A stretch of 64,000 bases of DNA, from NCBI GenBank assembly GCA_008632985.1, contig QPGO01000097.1:248001-312000 (forward strand). Reading direction: 5' to 3'. This DNA is from Psammoneis japonica. Lineage: Eukaryota. The stretch's first letter is position 1. Every line of letters begins with the position of its first letter. A program made the translations under genes and the position numbers. This document shows, piece after piece, positions 61,860 through 64,000 of the stretch. The notes under the pieces were generated by a model, which saw only the letters and a program-made list of their open reading frames with translations, had not been told where the DNA came from and did no database searches.

Positions 61860-62218
61860 CGTGAAAGTCAGTTCTATGCTGCCGCGAATGGGAAGCGTCG
61901 AAGGTTGTTGCTGTATGTTGTGACTGGAATAAAGCGTAGCGTCGATCGTCGACAATAAATAAATGATGCGTCGGCATTTCAAATCGATGGACAAACGATT
62001 TCAAAATTTCAGTTGACGCTCATGACCTGAATTCGAACTCCGTGACGACTCTCACTCATCGCTCCGAGAGCTCGAGCATCGAGAGCCAAAATGCTTCCAA
62101 CTTTCTACGTAAAAACTGGTACAGAATTGTGTAGAAACGGCGAAGGTGCTGGAAAAAAGCGCGGTATCTCGTCATTTCTCATTTCGTGGCCTGGCGACCT
62201 CCAAACGAATCAGCCACC

Positions 62219-64000
62219 ATGTCGACGCCAGATGAAGCGCTTGCTCGTGCACAGGCTGTGGCAGCACGCCTCTCAGACACTGGTGCAACTGCGCCTGCAG
62301 CTGCTGAACGAAAGCGTAAGCGCTGGGGAGTTTCAGATGACGGAGGTTCGGCGGCGGCGCCCGCTGCACTCCCGGGCTTGGATGTTGTTGAGAAGAAACT
62401 CAAGGCCGCGTCAGAACCCGTGCAGCGACGTGTATGGGTCAAGACGGGCGACAAACCACCAGCCCATTTCGTGGATTATCTCGAGGGATCTGAAAGTGAC
62501 AGACTGGGAGGGATTGTCGCTCAGTACGGCGGCGACGCAGTGAAGATTGAACTCAAGGGCAGAGGCAGCTCCAAGACGCAGGCCCTGCCCGGCATGCCAG
62601 AGGAGCCTTTGCACGTCCTGATTGATGGACCCCCGGATAAGGTTCAGGAAATAGAGGCCAAGGTCGATGACTTGTTGCGCGAGGCTGAGCAAGCACCAGT
62701 GACGACCTCTGTACAGTCTCAGCCGAACGGTACCGACGCACAGAACCAGCTTTCTGCAGAAAGCATCGCTGCTCGGGCTGCCGACGCTCTTGCGGCTGCT
62801 ATGGGAACCAACGGGGCTACGCCAGCCGCTGCGTCTGCTGAATACAGGCCTGCTTCTGTCGCACAGCTAATTGGACAGAACGCCGCTGTGGGTGCAGCAG
62901 GCGTATACGGACCGGGTGGAGGAACTGGAGAGACATTTGAGGAGCAAATTGGTGTTCCGAACGGAGTAGTTGGTTACATTATCGGAAGAGGAGGAGAGTC
63001 GATCACATCCATGCAACAGAAATCTGGATGTCGGGTACAGATTCAGAAGGAGCATGAAATGACACCCGGACAGACCCAGCGTGTTATTACACTGACGGCG
63101 TCTTCAAAGGAAAGCATTGACATTTGTCGAGGGATAATTGAAGGCATGGTGCAAGAGCGAGTCCGTTCTGCGGGTAGCACTGCGGGGATGGGGATGCCTT
63201 CGGCTACAATGGGAAGCGGTGCATCGAGCCAAGCGGCCAAGTTACAGGAAGCCATTTCAATGGGGCATGTCCACCTTACGGTACAAGTGCCTGATGGTGA
63301 CGTCGGCCTCATTATTGGCAAAGCTGGATCCAACATTAGGTCTATCCAAGACCGATCGGGTGCAAATATTCAAATTCCCCAGGTCGCCGATGCTGACAAT
63401 CCTAGCGTCAGAACTGTCAATGTGACCCATCCGCATGCCGAAGGGGCCAACCTTGCCAAGCAACTCATTGAAGATCTTCTCAAGAGCAAGCCTAGCAACC
63501 AGTACGGAGGCGCAGGCTCGAATGTTACCCTGCAAGTTTTGGTAAGTATAACTTGCGAAACGAATCCAGACCCTTGTCGGTTTCCACGATACCTTGTTCC
63601 TAACATTTCTCCGTGATTGTGTCTCTTCAGATCCCTGACCAAGACGTAGGAATGTGTATCGGTAGGTCGGGGTGCGTAATTCGCGAGATGCAAAACAAGA
63701 GCGGCACTCGGATTCAGATTCCATCGCAGCCGACACCCGGACAAACTCACCGTGTCGCAACAGTCACAGGGTCGCAAGAGGGCTGTCAGCAAGTCCAACA
63801 AATGATTGAACGAATCATTCAAGATCAGTCATCCCAGAGTGTCATGGCAGGAACGGCACCGAGCAACTATGGTAACGCTTATGGGCAGTATGGACAACAT
63901 CAGCAATACGGTGGAGCTTATGGACAACAAGCTGCGGGGGGTCAGAAAGATTATTCCGCAGAGTGGGCTGCATACTACGCTGCCCAAGCCGCACAGCAAG
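62219..64000 (+). CDS. KH-domain RNA-binding protein (FUBP/KSRP-like), runs off the window end; intron 63542-63630
   Basis: KH GxxG loops VGYIIGRGGE, VGLIIGKAGS and VGMCIGRSGC; C-terminal DYSAEWAAYY motif. Confidence 0.88.

Overview
Gene-dense eukaryotic sequence, very probably from a pennate diatom (short GT-AG introns, bipartite signal peptide + 'AF' plastid presequences, a diatom-type CoDi Copia element). About 16 conserved host genes are present: PPCDC, a synergin/aftiphilin-like EH protein, RPA2, REEP/YOP1, a plastid PPR protein, RPL27, RPN5, an ERD2-family protein, a rhomboid, an M16 insulinase, DUF218, COG1-like, an oxidoreductase, RecN, a fibrillin-like protein, NDK and a FUBP-like KH protein. 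They are interrupted by three repeat islands: (i) a 3.6-kb IS630/Tc1-like DNA transposon (21-bp TIRs, TA TSD) that carries a second, WW-domain gene; (ii) a 7.1-kb Copia LTR retrotransposon (276-bp LTRs, ATCCT TSD) nested in older decayed DNA; (iii) a 13.6-kb block of heavily decayed repeats. The main signal is repeat-restricted, double-stranded TpA -> TpG/CpA hypermutation, the reverse direction of fungal RIP. It turns conserved tyrosines into Cys/His in both transposons, differs between the two LTRs (so it happened after integration), and appears to precede CpG decay. The oldest DNA has lost both TpA and CpG. All counts are by hand and no database searches were run.
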